Positions 1 through 13,134 of a stretch of DNA of 64,000 nt are shown piece after piece. The stretch covers positions 115,224,538 through 115,288,537 of the forward strand of contig JAUZTB010000064.1 in assembly GCA_034780895.1 (NCBI GenBank), given 5' to 3'. The translations under genes and the position numbers were made by a program. The number at the start of each line of letters is the position of its first letter. Positions within the stretch are counted from its first letter, which is position 1. Origin of the DNA: Rhynchobatus australiae. Its lineage: Eukaryota. The notes under the pieces were generated by a model, which made no database searches, had not been told where the DNA came from, and saw nothing but the letters and a program-made list of their open reading frames with translations.

Positions 1-677
1 TATCTGGAGAAAGTTACATATACTGTAGAGTGAATCTGCTGGTGTCTGTTTGCTTGGATAAGAGACAGCGACACTGCTGTTCAATGCACAGCCAACGTAA
101 GATTTTGCTGGCATCACCAGCTGGATAAGAAGGTCCATAACGTTACAACTAGACACAAAGAAATTGGAAATATTAAAGGGAAAGTTTGCACCTGGCTCAA
201 AGTTCCCAATTATTCTAATAATGAACAAAAACTAAAAATACTATTGCTCATAAACTAACACTGTGAAATGTTATCTGCTGTTAATGATGTAAGCTTACAA
301 TAGAGGTCAGCAATACAGAAAAGAAATATTTTTAAAAAATTAGGAAGCAAACACTTGGTCTCATTGCCAATTTATTCATTAGAAAGGCACATTAAACACG
401 GTAGATAACGGGTATCCGGTCTGAATATGACAAACGTTTTATATACTGTAGAATTTTTACAGGTGTGTAAATGTTTCCCATTCCACCTTGTTGCTGACCT
501 TACCATAAGTTTGCAAAGCTAATTTTCCTAGTCCAGGATTTCCTGTTTCTGAACCTAATGCTTTTATGGAATACATCAACTGAATGAAAGAGCATAGACA
601 TAAATCCAGCAGACATCTGGATTCTCACTGCAGAAAATTTCCCATTGCCTCTGTTTAAGCAAGGAAGAGATACAGAT

Positions 678-679
678 GA

Positions 680-730
<51 letters not shown>

Positions 731-740
731 GTGAGAGAGT
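678..740. repeat. (GA)n microsatellite
   Basis: Near-perfect GA run; produces the SLSLSL tract in ORF 500..895. Confidence 0.97.
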
Positions 741-2164
741 TGATTTTCATATCCTAATAAATCAATTGCACAGTTTTGTTTTGGGTACTTCGCTTTCTGT
801 AGGGCATTGGCAACACATTCCATAATCATCTTGGGATTGAAAATAAGGATACATTTTTTCCAAATTTGAACATGTTTTTCTAAAATGTCAAACATGAAGA
901 TTGTTAAATTTATAAGAAAGATAACTATTAAAAAGTGCTATAACTCTAGANNNNNNNNNNCTGTTTCATTACTGACTACATATGTGTGCTGTCTGTCATT
1001 GGCACAGGGTAAATAATTGAAGTTATTATTTGACAATAGTCATTGGATGGTGAGTACAACTTAATAAATAGGTTTGCTGACTGCTATTTTCTTAGGGTCC
1101 AAGGCCTTCTACTTCATATAAAAGCTGTTGAATGGTCAGATGCATTTTCTACTCTATGCTGATGGATCCTGGCATATCAGAGGCTGTGCTGAGATAAGAG
1201 ATTTCTATCAGGTCTGTCTAAATGAAATCTGTTTGGCATCAACTTCATTGTTTCCTTTCAGTGATGTGTGCTAATTGCTATTCAAGAACAGGCATTCTTC
1301 TTCTAAATGGTCCTAATGCATTTGTGACTCAAAGCTAGTGTGCAATATTGGAATGTCTAGTGTACTTGTCTCCTACAGATGATGAAAAATATGCTCTTGA
1401 AGGGGTATTGGACTCTTCATTCAATGCAGCATCAATAATTCTGGAAGAGCACTTAGGCTAAGAGTTCTGCTTTGGCGAATGGTGACCCTGTGCAAATTGT
1501 GTTTCGAGTAATTGAAGTTCTGCAAAATGATTTTTTCATCTCATTTTCCCTCAAACCTATTTGCATAGCAGCAAATTTCAAATATGTGATTAATCAGTGC
1601 AATCAGGCAACGTTTTAGAATGTAACATAAGAAAAATCAGCACCAAAATTTTCTTAATGGTATTTAAGATTAATAACATGATGCTGTCTTACAAATGAAG
1701 CTGTCAATAGGTTTATTACAAATACTTCAATTAACCCACCACCTGTGAGCAACCTTATTCTTAATAATTGAACATAACTTTTCAAAATACTTATAAAATG
1801 ATTTACTAGCTAAATTGGTGTATAGTAGTCATTTTCTTTGCAAAATGAAGGAAATACCTGAAAGCATTTAAAAGATGTCTACTGCTTTCATTGCACCTAA
1901 AAAGAAGTAAAGCCAATTTTCAGAGCCTCTTGGAGGCAGTTAGTGGAAGCTCATTATAGTGATTAATTTGATGTGGAGATGCAGCCAGTTTTTTGTAGAG
2001 AGCTCTTGTCCAGATTTTCCACTTCAAATTCCTTAATCTTTTTTTTGTTGATTTGCCTGATTTTAAGTGAATTGTGTTTGAAGTAACAACACAACATAGA
2101 AACAAAATGACTGTTCCAGTAAAAAGAGCCATATTGCTTCACTGTAATCCATTTTTAATTTCAG

Positions 2165-2300
2165 CTGTGGCAATTTTGCCTCTGAGTTGGAAGGTTACAA
2201 CTTCAAATCATATTTTAGAAACTTGAGTGATTGCTGAATTGATGCAATGTTAAACTAGAGAGCCATGTGTCTTTCCAGGTGAAGGTAAAATAGCCTTTGG
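2165..2300 (+). mobile_element. Degenerate Deu-SINE (SacSINE1-like) 5' fragment
   Basis: gcctctgagttggaaggttacaacttcaaatc..agaaacttgag resembles the tRNA head seen in reverse at 53200-53290. Confidence 0.5.
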
Positions 2301-2344
2301 GACCAAATTTGAAGAAATGAGGACTTACTTCTCTAATGGAAAAC

Positions 2345-3665
2345 AAAGGAAAATGAAAATATTGGAAATTGTCAATAGATCTGTGGAAAGAGAAACAGAG
2401 TTAATATTCAATGACCTTTCATCAGACTTAAGAAAACTTAGAAACCAAACACTTTTAGTTGCAGAGAAGAGAGAGGGGTGGAGAGGAAAAAAGGATAGAG
2501 TGGAGAGCAAGAGGAACTGAATGACACACATGAGCGTGGTGATGCCAGCTGAATGAAGATGGTGAAGCCATGTTAATCACGGCTGGTCTGACCGGAGGAG
2601 GTGTTGATAGAGGGAGATGAATAACAAACAAGACAGGAGCAAGAGAAAAAAATACGGTGTTGGAATTGTGGTTTACAAAGTACTGCAGGTGCTGGAAATC
2701 TGAAATTAAAAAAAAAGAATGTTGGAAATCTTCGGCAAGTCAGGCTACATCTGTGAGGAAGGCAGAATTATCGNNNNNNNNNNNNNNNNNNNNNNNNNNN
2801 NNNNNNNNNNNNNNNNNNNNNNNNNNNNNNNNNNNNNNNNNNNNNNNNNNNNNNNNNNNNNNNNNNNNNNNNNCGGTACATTGATGAGTTTTCTTTAGAA
2901 CTGGCCAATTCTGATACAAACTGGAAAAACTGGTCATCTGAAACAGTTGAATCCGGTGTCATGTCCTGAGAGCTGGATATGTCAAGTTATGTCAGTGCTG
3001 CTTCTTGCATTTACATTGGGCTTTGTAAAAGGCCAAGTGCAGCAAGGTCAAAGTGGAATGGGCCAAAAATTAAGTGACAGGAAATTGGAAGCCCTGGGTC
3101 ATCCTTGCAGTCTGAACAAAAGTATTCTGCAAAGCGGTCACCCAACCTGCATTTAATTTCTCCATTATAGACCTGAGCACTGAATGTCGTACATTAAAGT
3201 GGAAAGGGATACAAGAGAAATGTTGCTTGAACTGGAAAGAACATTTAGATACTTGGATGCTGGGAGGGGAAGAGGTAAAGGGGACACTGTTGCATCTCCT
3301 GCCATTGTATGTGAGGTTATCGTGAGAAGGAAGAGTGAAACAGAGCACTGAGAAATGGTCAATCCCTTAGGAGTGCTGAAAAGGGAAAGTAAAGGAGGAT
3401 GCTTCTGGTGATGGTGTCACGTTGATGGTGACAGGAATTGAGAAAGATGATCCATTGAAAGTGAAGGCCAGTGGAATGGAGTACAGAGGCAAGGGGAATA
3501 CATCTTGCTGTGGGTGCAAGAGGAAGAGGTGAAAGCAGAACTGCAGGAACTGAAACAGATATGGTTCAGAACGACGGTGAAGTGGAAACCATATGAGGGA
3601 AAGTGAAGACATTTCAGAAACACGGGCATTGAAGATTCAGCAATCACTCAGAACTGAAATGGCAG
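2345..3665 (-). mobile_element. Penelope-like element: GIY-YIG remnant plus two terminal repeat units
   Basis: Minus-strand YNGEIKCRLGDRFAEYFCS..DPGLPISCH (~3075-3170) matches the PLE GIY-YIG motif YIGETKRRLGDRFAEH; terminal units at ~2345-2430 and ~2675-2905. Confidence 0.85.
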
Positions 3666-4520
3666 AGCCAAGGAAACTATGGAAATGGAAACAAGTCCTT
3701 GCAGATAACAGATCAGAGAATATGTAGTTACAATAGCATTCAGCTTATAAGCAATATTGGTCACCAGCACAATCCCTGGATTAGAATCAGCAAAGAGGAA
3801 GAAGGGAAGGGAAGAGTAAGAGAAAGAACAGGTAAAAGTAGGAGCTCGATCAAAATTGGCAGCAAAGGTGATGGAATCAGAGAGTTTTCTTTCTGATTTC
3901 TTATCTGTTGTTTATTCCTCAATTAATGTCACAAAATGGACACTATTTGGTCATTGTTTAGTTCCAATTAGCTGCTGTATTTCTAGTTTTGAAACAAAGA
4001 ATACTTCAAATAAGCACTTTATCAAGAGCAAAGTACTGTAAGATATGCAGGAGGTCAGACATCCACATGTCTCCTTGATCAAAATTTTTTCAGCTAGAGC
4101 CATAGGTTGAGAGGACCTGGTGGACTCTTGCAATGTTCCTGACACTGTGTATGTTCTTTTATAGTTGGCCTTCAACCACATCTATTTCCAACCACTCAAA
4201 CTTTGTCAAGTTGCTTCACATGATTTACATCAGTGTATCTTTCATGTCACCATGTCTGAATGTCTACAGTTCTTTGTGGTGGAACAACAGCTCAGGTTCC
4301 ACAAAGGACCATCCCATTCTGGTTCCTTAACTGATACTTTTCCCTGTAATATGGATTCAATGTTCATATTTAGATTATCACTCCCATCCATGCTGTATAT
4401 CTTTGCAAAATGTTATATCTTTTCATGGTAGCAAGCTGCTTAGTTGTGACAGGAGTGCTGACAACATATTCCAACAATGACACATTCTTCTGGTCTGAAT
4501 GCCTCTCACAGAAGTGTAGC

Positions 4521-4691
4521 AATTGGAAGTGGAATTGGTTTATTATTGTCACATGTACTGAGGTACAGTGAAAAACTTGTCTTGCATACCGTTCGTACAG
4601 ATCAAATCATTGCACAGTGCATTGAGGTAGTACAAGGTAAAACAATAACAGAGTGCAGAATAAAGTGTAACAGCTACAGAGAAAGTGCAGG
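4521..4691 (-). mobile_element. Rex1/Babar LINE 3' UTR fragment
   Basis: Reverse complement of the 3' end of the 9786-12459 element (ggaattggtttattattgtcacatgtactgaggtacagtgaaaa). Confidence 0.88.
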
Positions 4692-5110
4692 GCACTTTAA
4701 TTTACATGCCTGACACCAGACTTCTGAAACAGACACTCTGTTCTGAGGCCTGTAATTTGAAGTGACTGCAAGGTAAACAGCGGAAAAGATTCAAGGATAT
4801 GCTGAACTCTGTGCAACATCCCAATAGTCCTGGGAATGTCTTGCCCATGACTGCTCGAAGTGGGGAAGCAACATTGAGGAAGGTGTTGAGAACCTTGAGG
4901 TTACACATCAGGAACACACAGAAGCCCTGTGTCAGCTGTAGAAGGAACACACCAGCTGACAAACTACACACCCAACTGCCTGGCAGACATCTTCTGCCCC
5001 ATGTGTTAGCGTCCACGGTTATCACATTGGCAACATCAGTCACTTCAGAACCCGTAAAACCAGAGTGGAAGCAAGTCATCCTCGATCCTGAGGGACTGTC
5101 TAAACAAAAA
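4692..5110 (+). mobile_element. RTE-clade LINE 3' end
   Basis: MPDTRLLKQTLCSE..QGKQRKRFKDML..LAHDCSKW matches the RTE ORF C-terminus; tail gagtggaagcaagtcatcctcgatcctgagggactg is shared with the minus copy at 20512. Confidence 0.85.
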
Positions 5111-5807
5111 GGTATAAATATCCTCCCACCTACTCTCTCCTCAGCATGCTCACATGTTAAACTGATTAAAGCTGATTCACCAAGAAATCTCCATAGCTGG
5201 AGAAAACTCTCTTACCTCTTTTGTCTTCATGCTGGTTCCAATGATTTTCACTTCACACGTTTTGTTTAAAAAAAATGTCATAGATGGTGGCCTAGAAATC
5301 TCACGGTGCTGGAAAAGGTGCATTAATTGATGATTGGTGTGTGGATCCTAATGTTTTATTTCATAATCCATCACTGCAGAATCCACAGAGCATGAGGCCC
5401 CAGGAATCATGTACCAAAGGTGTAGGCTTTGTATATTATGTGCATTCAACAGCCTTTTCTTACCCCTTTCTCAAATGTAGGGCCTGCAAAAGAAAACAGG
5501 TTAGTTTGGGTCCTTGTCCTCGGGGTGGTAGTAGAGGAGAGGGGCCTGGAGTGTCTGGGTGGAGCAGTGCATTGGGCATCAGCTGCTCTCCAGCACTGCA
5601 TTGTTGGCGGGCCACCCAGTCCTGGTTCAAGATCACCGAAGGGGTGTCAAAACGGATAGGATTTGCAGAAAGACCCCAAATTTCCTTTTATTGAAGCTAA
5701 TTCATGCNNNNNNNNNNNNNNNNNNNNNNNNNNNNNNNNNNNNNNNNNNNNNNNNNNNNNNNNNNNNNNNNNNNNNNNNNNNNNNNNNNNNNNNNNNNNN
5801 NNNNNNN

Positions 5808-6010
5808 GCTACAGAGAAAGTGCAGTGCAGGTAGACAATAAGGTGCAAGGTCATAACGAGGTAGGTTGTGAGGTCAAGAGTCCACTTTATCGTACTAGGG
5901 ACCATTCAATAGTTATAACAGCAGGGTAGAAGCTGTCCTTGAGCCTGACGGTACGTGCTTTTACGCTTTTGTATCTTCTGCCTTATGGGAGAGGGGAGAA
6001 GAGAGAATGA
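5808..6010 (-). mobile_element. Rex1/Babar LINE 3' fragment
   Basis: Reverse complement of 23140-23330 and 56280-56465. Confidence 0.88.
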
Positions 6011-6289
6011 CAGTTGACTCAGTATATCCACATTTTAATTGTATTGTCCACTCACTCCAGAACAATGTTTTCACACGTATGCTGTGGTCTGTGAGAATCA
6101 TAAAGTTCTAGCCATAATATGGAACTTCATTTCTATGTCGACAATGGCAAACCCTTCTTTGTCTAGTTTTGGTTGTAGTTTCCATGCTTTAGAAAGGGAC
6201 TTTGTTGATTGATTTGTTTTGTATCATTCTCCATACATTGTGACAAAACTCAAAAACACTAAGTTTATACATCAGAAGACTAGACCAAG

Positions 6290-6358
6290 GCGTGACTTGC
6301 TGAGTGTTTTCAAAATTTTCTGTTTTTATTTCTGACTTCCAGCATCTTCAGTTTTTTT
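6290..6358 (+). mobile_element. Penelope-like terminal fragment
   Basis: tgacttgctgagtgttttcaaaattttctgtttttatttctgacttccagcatcttcagt, the same terminal motif as 17360-17450. Confidence 0.65.
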
Positions 6359-6449
6359 TAATTTTCACAATATAGATATATATTATGTGTATATAATGAA
6401 ATATATACTGAAAATATTTTCTTTCCTTTCATACCCTTTAAAAATATGT

Positions 6450-6710
6450 TTATAATCTCATCCTTAAATTTAAATCCCTCTCTGACCACGTCTGTGTCTG
6501 CTCTCTGTAACGTCCTCCAAGCCTGTAAAACCCTGGGATATTTGCACTCTTCCAATTCTGGCCTCTTGACAATCCCTGAATTTAATTGCTTTTCCAGTGC
6601 TGAACTTCCCTTCAGCTGCCAAAGCCCTAACTTCTAGAAACCCCCCCTTAAACCCATCTTTCATCCTTCAAAGTGTCCCTTTTAAAGGGACCTCTGACCA
6701 AGGTTTTGAT
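6450..6710 (+). mobile_element. L2 LINE 3' fragment
   Basis: ctcatcctt..aaatccctc..ctctgtaacgtcctccaagcc..tccaattctggcctcttg..ccttcagctgcc..gaccaaggttttg, typical of an L2 ORF2 C-terminus and 3' end. Confidence 0.7.
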
Positions 6711-9069
6711 GTTTGGTTTTATTTCTATGAATGCTTAAGTCCATTTTGCTATTGAAGCACAAGTTGACATGAACATACCCATGCTCATCATGTTGTTCCT
6801 TTTTGATTCAACTGGTAGTTTTAATTTTCTCTTGTTCTTCTTCAGTCTCCTTACTCCATCATCCATTTTTGGATATCAGGGTCAATTTTAAGAGATTTTG
6901 ATTGATTTGCTCAATTTTTCATTTGTTAAAAATTACTTATTTCTGGATAAATCTTACATTACATTTATTCCTGCTTCTTCCTGATGTTGATAGCACAGAA
7001 TTAAAGAATGTGTTAATACGTCTTTGGAGATTTTCCTTTAAGGGGTGTTGTGATTCTACTGTTACCAAATTCATCAAATGATGATAGAAAATAAAATGAT
7101 TTTACACATTGAGAAGCACATGGTGAAAGTTGCTGAACTCCGAGTATTGTTTTTACTAAATGCTTGAATACATTGAAAGGTATTGTGATAATTATTGATG
7201 GAGATGAAAGAAGGTTGATCAGAATGGCAACCAGTATGTGCCGTGCATTGGATTTTACATCTTTTGTGTTGTGATGGTGGAGGCAACAGGATCATTGGTT
7301 TTTATTTTAATCATTTGGTTAAATTTGTAAGCATGTTTAATAAATATGAAACAATCAAGAAAATGTGATTCCATTCCATATAATCTCATGAAATTCTACA
7401 GTTATGGATGCAGGAAGATCTAATTTCTTGACAGTTTATGGGTATGATGTTCCACCAGATATGCCATAAAATCTGCAAGTTAGTCCAGATCCTCAGATAT
7501 ATTTGCCAGGAAAGTCAAAGTCAGATTGTTAGGATCTTCTGGGCGATTAGTTGGAGATGAGGGGTGATGTCTGCAGTGGTGAATTGATTTATTCCCTCTG
7601 CTTCTATGTATGTTTTAATACTCACATTATAATTGGTACATGTGTCTACCCACCAAAGCCACAATGTCAAGGGGTCTGGGAGAAGTGGACAAAACAGCTT
7701 TCACTAAGTCCTTATCCAGGAAGAAAGAAGTTCTGCCAATGTAGCACCTTCAGTCAAAGTCTAGGCTTCAATTGTGCCTTGCATCACCTGGGAAATCATC
7801 TCTTTCCTTGAGGGTGGGGTGTAAAAGATTTGACGTACTGTATTGCTGTCTATCATAATTTGTGTTACACTTACATTCAGGGTATGAAGCTTCCGAAACT
7901 AATGTAGGTAAATTTGGAACAACCACAAACCTTGGGACATAAGTGTCCAACTTCTCTTTCTAATTTGAAATTTAATTCAGATCATTCAGATTTCAAAGAT
8001 GAATGAAAGAAAAGAAACTAGTCAGAATCTATTGTAGAAATTAATCTGAATGCTCCCCATTAATCATTGTCTGTCTAGCACTATAATATTCCATTATTGT
8101 ATGCATTTGAAATAATTGCAAATTACTGAATTAATCCCCTAAGATTATAAGATCTAGGATCTCTGTAGCATGTGACCTTTGCAGCACATAATGCAAACAT
8201 AAAAAGTGTGCATATTAAAATAATGCTAATGATCAGTCATTAATCAAATTTACAAATAATTACTCCATCCCGTTTTAATTTAAACTCTCTTAAATTTGTG
8301 TTACAATACACAGAGCCACACGGCAGTATTTCAAACTGATTTCAACAAAAGCATTCTATTGATTAAAAAANNNNNNNNNNNNNNNNNNNNNNNNNNNNNN
8401 NNNNNNNNNNNNNNNNNNNNNNNNNNNNNNNNNNNNNNNNNNNNNNNNNNNNNNNNNNNNNNNNNNNNNNNNNNNNNNNNNNNNNNNNNNNNNNNNNNNN
8501 NNNNNNNNNNNNNNNNNNNNNNNNNNNNNNNNNNNNNNNNNNNNNNNNNNNNNNNNNNNNNNNNNNNNNNNNNNNNNNNNNNNNNNNNNNNNNNNNNNNN
8601 NNNNNNNNNNNNNNNNNNNNNNNNNNNNNNNNNNNNNNNNNNNNNNNNNNNNNNNNNNNNNNNNNNNNNNNNNNNNNNNNNNNNNNNNNNNNNNNNNNNN
8701 NNNNNNNNNNNNNNNNNNNNNNNNNNNNNNNNNNNNNNNNNNNNNNNNNNNNNNNNNNNNNNNNNNNNNNNNNNNNNNNNNNNNNNNNNNNNNNNNNNNN
8801 NNNNNNNNNNNNNNNNNNNNNNNNNNNNNNNNNNNNNNNNNNNNNNNNNNNNNNNNNNNNNNNNNNNNNNNNNNNNNNNNNNNNNNNNNNNNNNNNNNNN
8901 NNNNNNNNNNNNNNNNNNNNNNNNNNNNNNNNNNNNNNNNNNNNNNNNNNNNNNNNNNNNNNNNNNNNNNNNNNNNNNNNNNNNNNNNNNNNNNNCACAT
9001 TGTTTAACTAGGTGATGAATAACTGTGTGCAAGTGAACACAAATGCTGCCAGTAACTATAATTCTCCTG

Positions 9070-9782
9070 ATGAGGGATGAAACCATACTAACATATTTTT
9101 CAAAAGCCCAGCACAAGAATTAAATAGGCAAAAATGGAAATGGAATCCATAAGTGAAAAGCAGGACTTTCCATGCACCTTTCAGAGATACTACTGGAAGT
9201 GTATCCAATTGGGATTAACTCTGTGCCAGAAGTTTTCTGAAGGAAAATGAATGAAGTTGGTGGAAGAGCTTCAGGAATAGAAGTCACTGTTGATGATTTT
9301 GTGACTGCAGATTCTGGAGAAAAGTTGAAAGAAGTAATCTGACACTTTGAAAAACACTTAGATACATTTCTTCAAGGTGCAGGGAGGGAATTGTGCTAAA
9401 CAAAAATAAAGTGAAACTTCAGAGGCAAGGAGTTGCCTTTATTGGACGCACTGCTGTGGCCAGGAATTTTATGTGGATCCAACCAAAGGTGAAACATTTT
9501 GAAGATGCCAATATCAACAGATGTGGCAGGGATCCAACATTTGCTGGACTTGCTCAATATCTGAGTAAGTTTAGTTTATCAAGCATGGTGAAGGTGTTCA
9601 GAGATTTAACAAGGAAAGATGTAGTGGTTCTGGGAAGAATCCCAAGAAATGGCAGCAAAAGAACCTAAAGTAGGAGCCATTACTACACAGACATTATAAT
9701 CTTAATAAGAAGTAACTTTACAATATAATTCATCTCAGTCTGGACATGGAGCAATAATCATGCAGAATGCACATACAGTATA
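9070..9782 (+). mobile_element. Gypsy/Ty3 LTR retrotransposon pol relic (RT to start of RNase H)
   Basis: Frameshifted TFHAPF-RYYWK..GINSVPEVF*RKM..GIEVTVDDFV (xADD box), LNKNKVKL..VAFIG, GLAQYLSKF, SSQSGHGAIIMQN (DASxxGLGAxLxQ). Confidence 0.82.
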
Positions 9783-9785
9783 TAA

Positions 9786-12459
9786 CAGAACAAAGTTGAT
9801 GAACTAAGAGTGAGACTGACCTAACAAAGGGAACTGAGGGACTGCTGTGTGCTATGTCTCACCAAAACATGGCTTACACCTGCTTTACCTGACTGTACTA
9901 TGCAGCCGGAGGGCTTCTCAATTCACCAGATGGACAATGTGGTGTCCTCGGGCGAAGTTAGAGGCGGAGGGGTCTGCTTCCTCATCAACACCTCATGGTG
10001 CTAGGACGTGATGGTCCTGGCGAGTTCCTGCTCACCCAGCTTGGAATATCTAACAGTGAAGTGTTGCCAATACTGCCTGCCATGGGAGCTCCTTTCAGCT
10101 ATCCTGATGGCAGTTTACATCTCACTCCAGGCAGATGTGAAGTCTGCACTCAATGAACTATACCCCATGGTCAACAGCCTTGATCTCTTCATCATTCAAC
10201 CAGGCTAACTTCAAGAGTATGTTACCAAAATACTACTAGCATGTCTCCTATCCCTCCAGGGGCCCAAACACCTTTGACCATTGCTACACAACCATCAAAG
10301 ATGCCGACCAAGTTACCCCTGCCCACTCTTTGATAAATCAGACCACCAGGCTGTGCTCCTTCCCCTGCATGCAATCAGAATCTGAAATGTGAGAAACCAG
10401 TGCAGTAAGTCATACAGTGCTGGTCTGAGGAAATAGATGAACTTCAAAGTGACCGCTTTGAGTCAGCATACTGGTTCATGTTCAAAGACTCAGCAGAGCA
10501 GCCAGCCTAGATGAGTATGTCACCACCGTCAAGGAGTTTATCAGCAAGAGGACTGTGTACCAAAGAGGACAATATGGGTGTTCCCAAATCAGAAACCATG
10601 GATAAGCTGGGAGATCCACTCCCTACTGAAGTCTAGGACTACGGCATTCCAATCAGGTGACCCTGACCTTTACACAAAATTGAGATATGACCTCTGTAAG
10701 GCTATCAGAGATGCCAAGAGACAATACTAGTCCAAAATCGAATCCCAGACCAGCTGTCAGTTGTGGCAGGACTTGCATGCTAGAACGGGCTACGAAACAA
10801 AGTCAGGCAGTATCATTGACAATAGCGCATCCCTTCCTGATGAGCTTAATGCTTTCTATGAATTCTATGTCGCCACCCATCCCGACAGTCTCTAATGTAA
10901 CTGAACCCACAGTTGGACGTAAGATCAGTCTTACAGAAAGTGAACCCATGGAGAGCACCTGGCCTGGATGGTGTCCCTAGCTGTGTCCTCAGGTCCTGCA
11001 TGGAGCAGCTGGCGGGGGTATTTGCAGATATATTTAACCTCTTCCTGCTTCAATCTGAGGTTCCCATCTGTTTAAAGAAATCCTCACAGTACGGAGAAAA
11101 AGCAAGGTAACATGCCTTAATGACTACTGACCAATGACTCTGGCATCTACCATCATGAAGTGCTTCAAGAGCTGGTCATGGCACACAGCCTCCAGACAAC
11201 CTCAACCCACTTCAATTCACCTCCCACCAAAACAGGACTACAGCGGACACCATCTCCCTGGCCCTACACTCATCTCTGGAGCATCTGGACTAAAGACACC
11301 TAGATTAAACTATTGTTTATTGACTACAGCTCCACCTTCAATACTATAAATCCAAGCAAACTCATCTCCAAACTCCTAGGCCTGGGACTCAACATCTCCC
11401 TTTGCAACTGGATCCTTGACTTCCTGACCAACAGACCATAATCAATAAGGATAGGTAGTAATACCTTCACCACAAGTATTCTCAACTCTGGTGCACCACA
11501 AGGCTGTGTCCTCAGCCCTTTACCCTACTCCCCATACAGTCACAACCGTGTGGCTAGATTCTGCTCTAACTCCATCAATGCTTGCAGGTGATATACTGTA
11601 GTGGGCCGTATCTCAAATAATGATGAGTTGGAGTACAGGAAGGAGAAAGAGAGCCTAGTGACATGGTGTAATGACAACAACCTTTCCTTCAATGTCAGCA
11701 AAACAAGAGAGCTGGTCATTGACTTCAGGAAGGGGAATGGTGTACGTATTCCTGTTTTGATCAACGGTGCTGAGGTTGAAAGGGTTGAGAGCTTCAAGTT
11801 CCTAGGAGTGAACATCATCAATAGCCTATCCTAGTCCAACCACGTTGGTACTACGGACAAGAAGCTCACCAGCACCTCTCCTTCCTCATGAAGCTAAAGA
11901 AATTTGGCATGTCTCCTTTGACCCTCACCAATTTTTATCGATGCATCATAGAAAGCATCCTTTCCACATGCATCACGGCTTGGTATGGCAACTGCTCTGC
12001 CTGTGACCGCAAGAAACAACAGAGAGTTGTGGACACAGCTCAGTACATCATGAAAACAAGCCTTCCCTCCATGGATTCTGTCTATTGTTCTCGCTGCCTC
12101 AGAAAATACCGCACCCACCCTGGACATTCTCTCTTCTTTCCCCCTCCGATTGACCAGAAGATACAAAATCCTGAAAGCATGTACTGTATCACCAGGCTCA
12201 CTTCTATCCCACTATCCCACTAAGACTATTAAATGCTTCCTAAGTACAATAAGGTGGACTCTTGACCTCACAATCTACCTCGTTATGAACTTGCATCTTA
12301 TTGTCTGCACTTTCTCTGTAACTTCAACATTTTATTCTGTACTCTGTTATTGTTTGACCTTATACTGCCTCAATGCACTGTTGTAATCATCTGTATGGAT
12401 GGTATGCAAGACAAATTTTTCACTGTACCTTGGTACATGTTACAATAATAAACAAATTC
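9786..12459 (+). mobile_element. Rex1/Babar LINE, ~2.7 kb, APE endonuclease + RT, decayed
   Basis: QNKVDEL..CCVLCLTKTWL, GGGVCFLIN..WC (EN); [71 protein letters not shown] (RT); tail gtacatgttacaataataaac; many stops and frameshifts. Confidence 0.93.
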
Positions 12460-13125
12460 ACTGTTTCATTAAGAGGCAACAACAGGAGCAGAGGTGAGCT
12501 ATGCACAAATCAGGAAGCAGCCCTTGGTGGCTGTATTTTCCTGTGATATATCTGAAGCTATGTACAGCACACAGTAATTTGTTGAAACAGATTATCTACC
12601 ATTGGAAACATTGAGCAGAGCATACCTACCAGAGTTTGTACCCTGTGTATGTATGCCTATGACCACAATAAACTTGAACTTGAACTTGCATTCACAGAGT
12701 TCAAGATTGTCTCCATCAGCTGATGATGAGATCTAACCTTAAACAATACAGTTTACTCTCTGGTATTTGGCTCACTGAAGTTCACCAAGCAAGGAACTTC
12801 AACACAACACTATGGTGAAGAAATGCTGGTACTAGGCTACATGGATGTGCTCTATTTGTGTTATTATTACAGTAAGTTTACTGAAGTGGATAGACTTAAT
12901 TCAGCTATCACTGTTAGTGTTTTGAAAGAACTTCAAATAATATTTACCACATTTAGAGTTCTAGTTACTGGTAATGGACCAATATTTACATTTTTAGAGT
13001 TTGTAGTGTTTGCCAAAACATGGAGCTTTCAACATGTCAGTGCCTCCAAACAAATGGTTAAGCTGAGAAAGCTGATAGAGCTGTTAAGAGATTTCTTATA
13101 AAATGTAAGGAGTGCAGTATATCTG
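12460..13125 (+). mobile_element. Gypsy pol relic continued (RNase H, integrase)
   Basis: GAEVSYAQIRKQPLVAVFSC..VETDYLPLE (RNase H YAQIEKE/TDHKPL); ORF 12823 YYSKFTEVDRL..VTGNGPIFTFLEFVVFAKTWSFQHV (integrase core SDNGPQF). Confidence 0.85.
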
Positions 13126-13134
13126 AATAGTCAT

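Noticed and set aside
20-149. Possible minus-strand exon (CNVMDLLIQLVMPAKSY..)
   Set aside because: Weak donor, unrecognisable peptide, and phase incompatible with the neighbouring candidate
504-579. Possible minus-strand 76-nt exon with good AG/GTAAG signals
   Set aside because: No recognisable protein and no compatible partner exon; such signals arise by chance
500-895. 131-aa ORF
   Set aside because: Kept open by the (GA)n microsatellite
4799-5269. 156-aa ORF
   Set aside because: Off-frame reading of a decayed RTE 3' end
8296-9116. Long ORFs of 200+ aa (also 39.5, 49.3 and 57.3 kb)
   Set aside because: Artefacts of N runs
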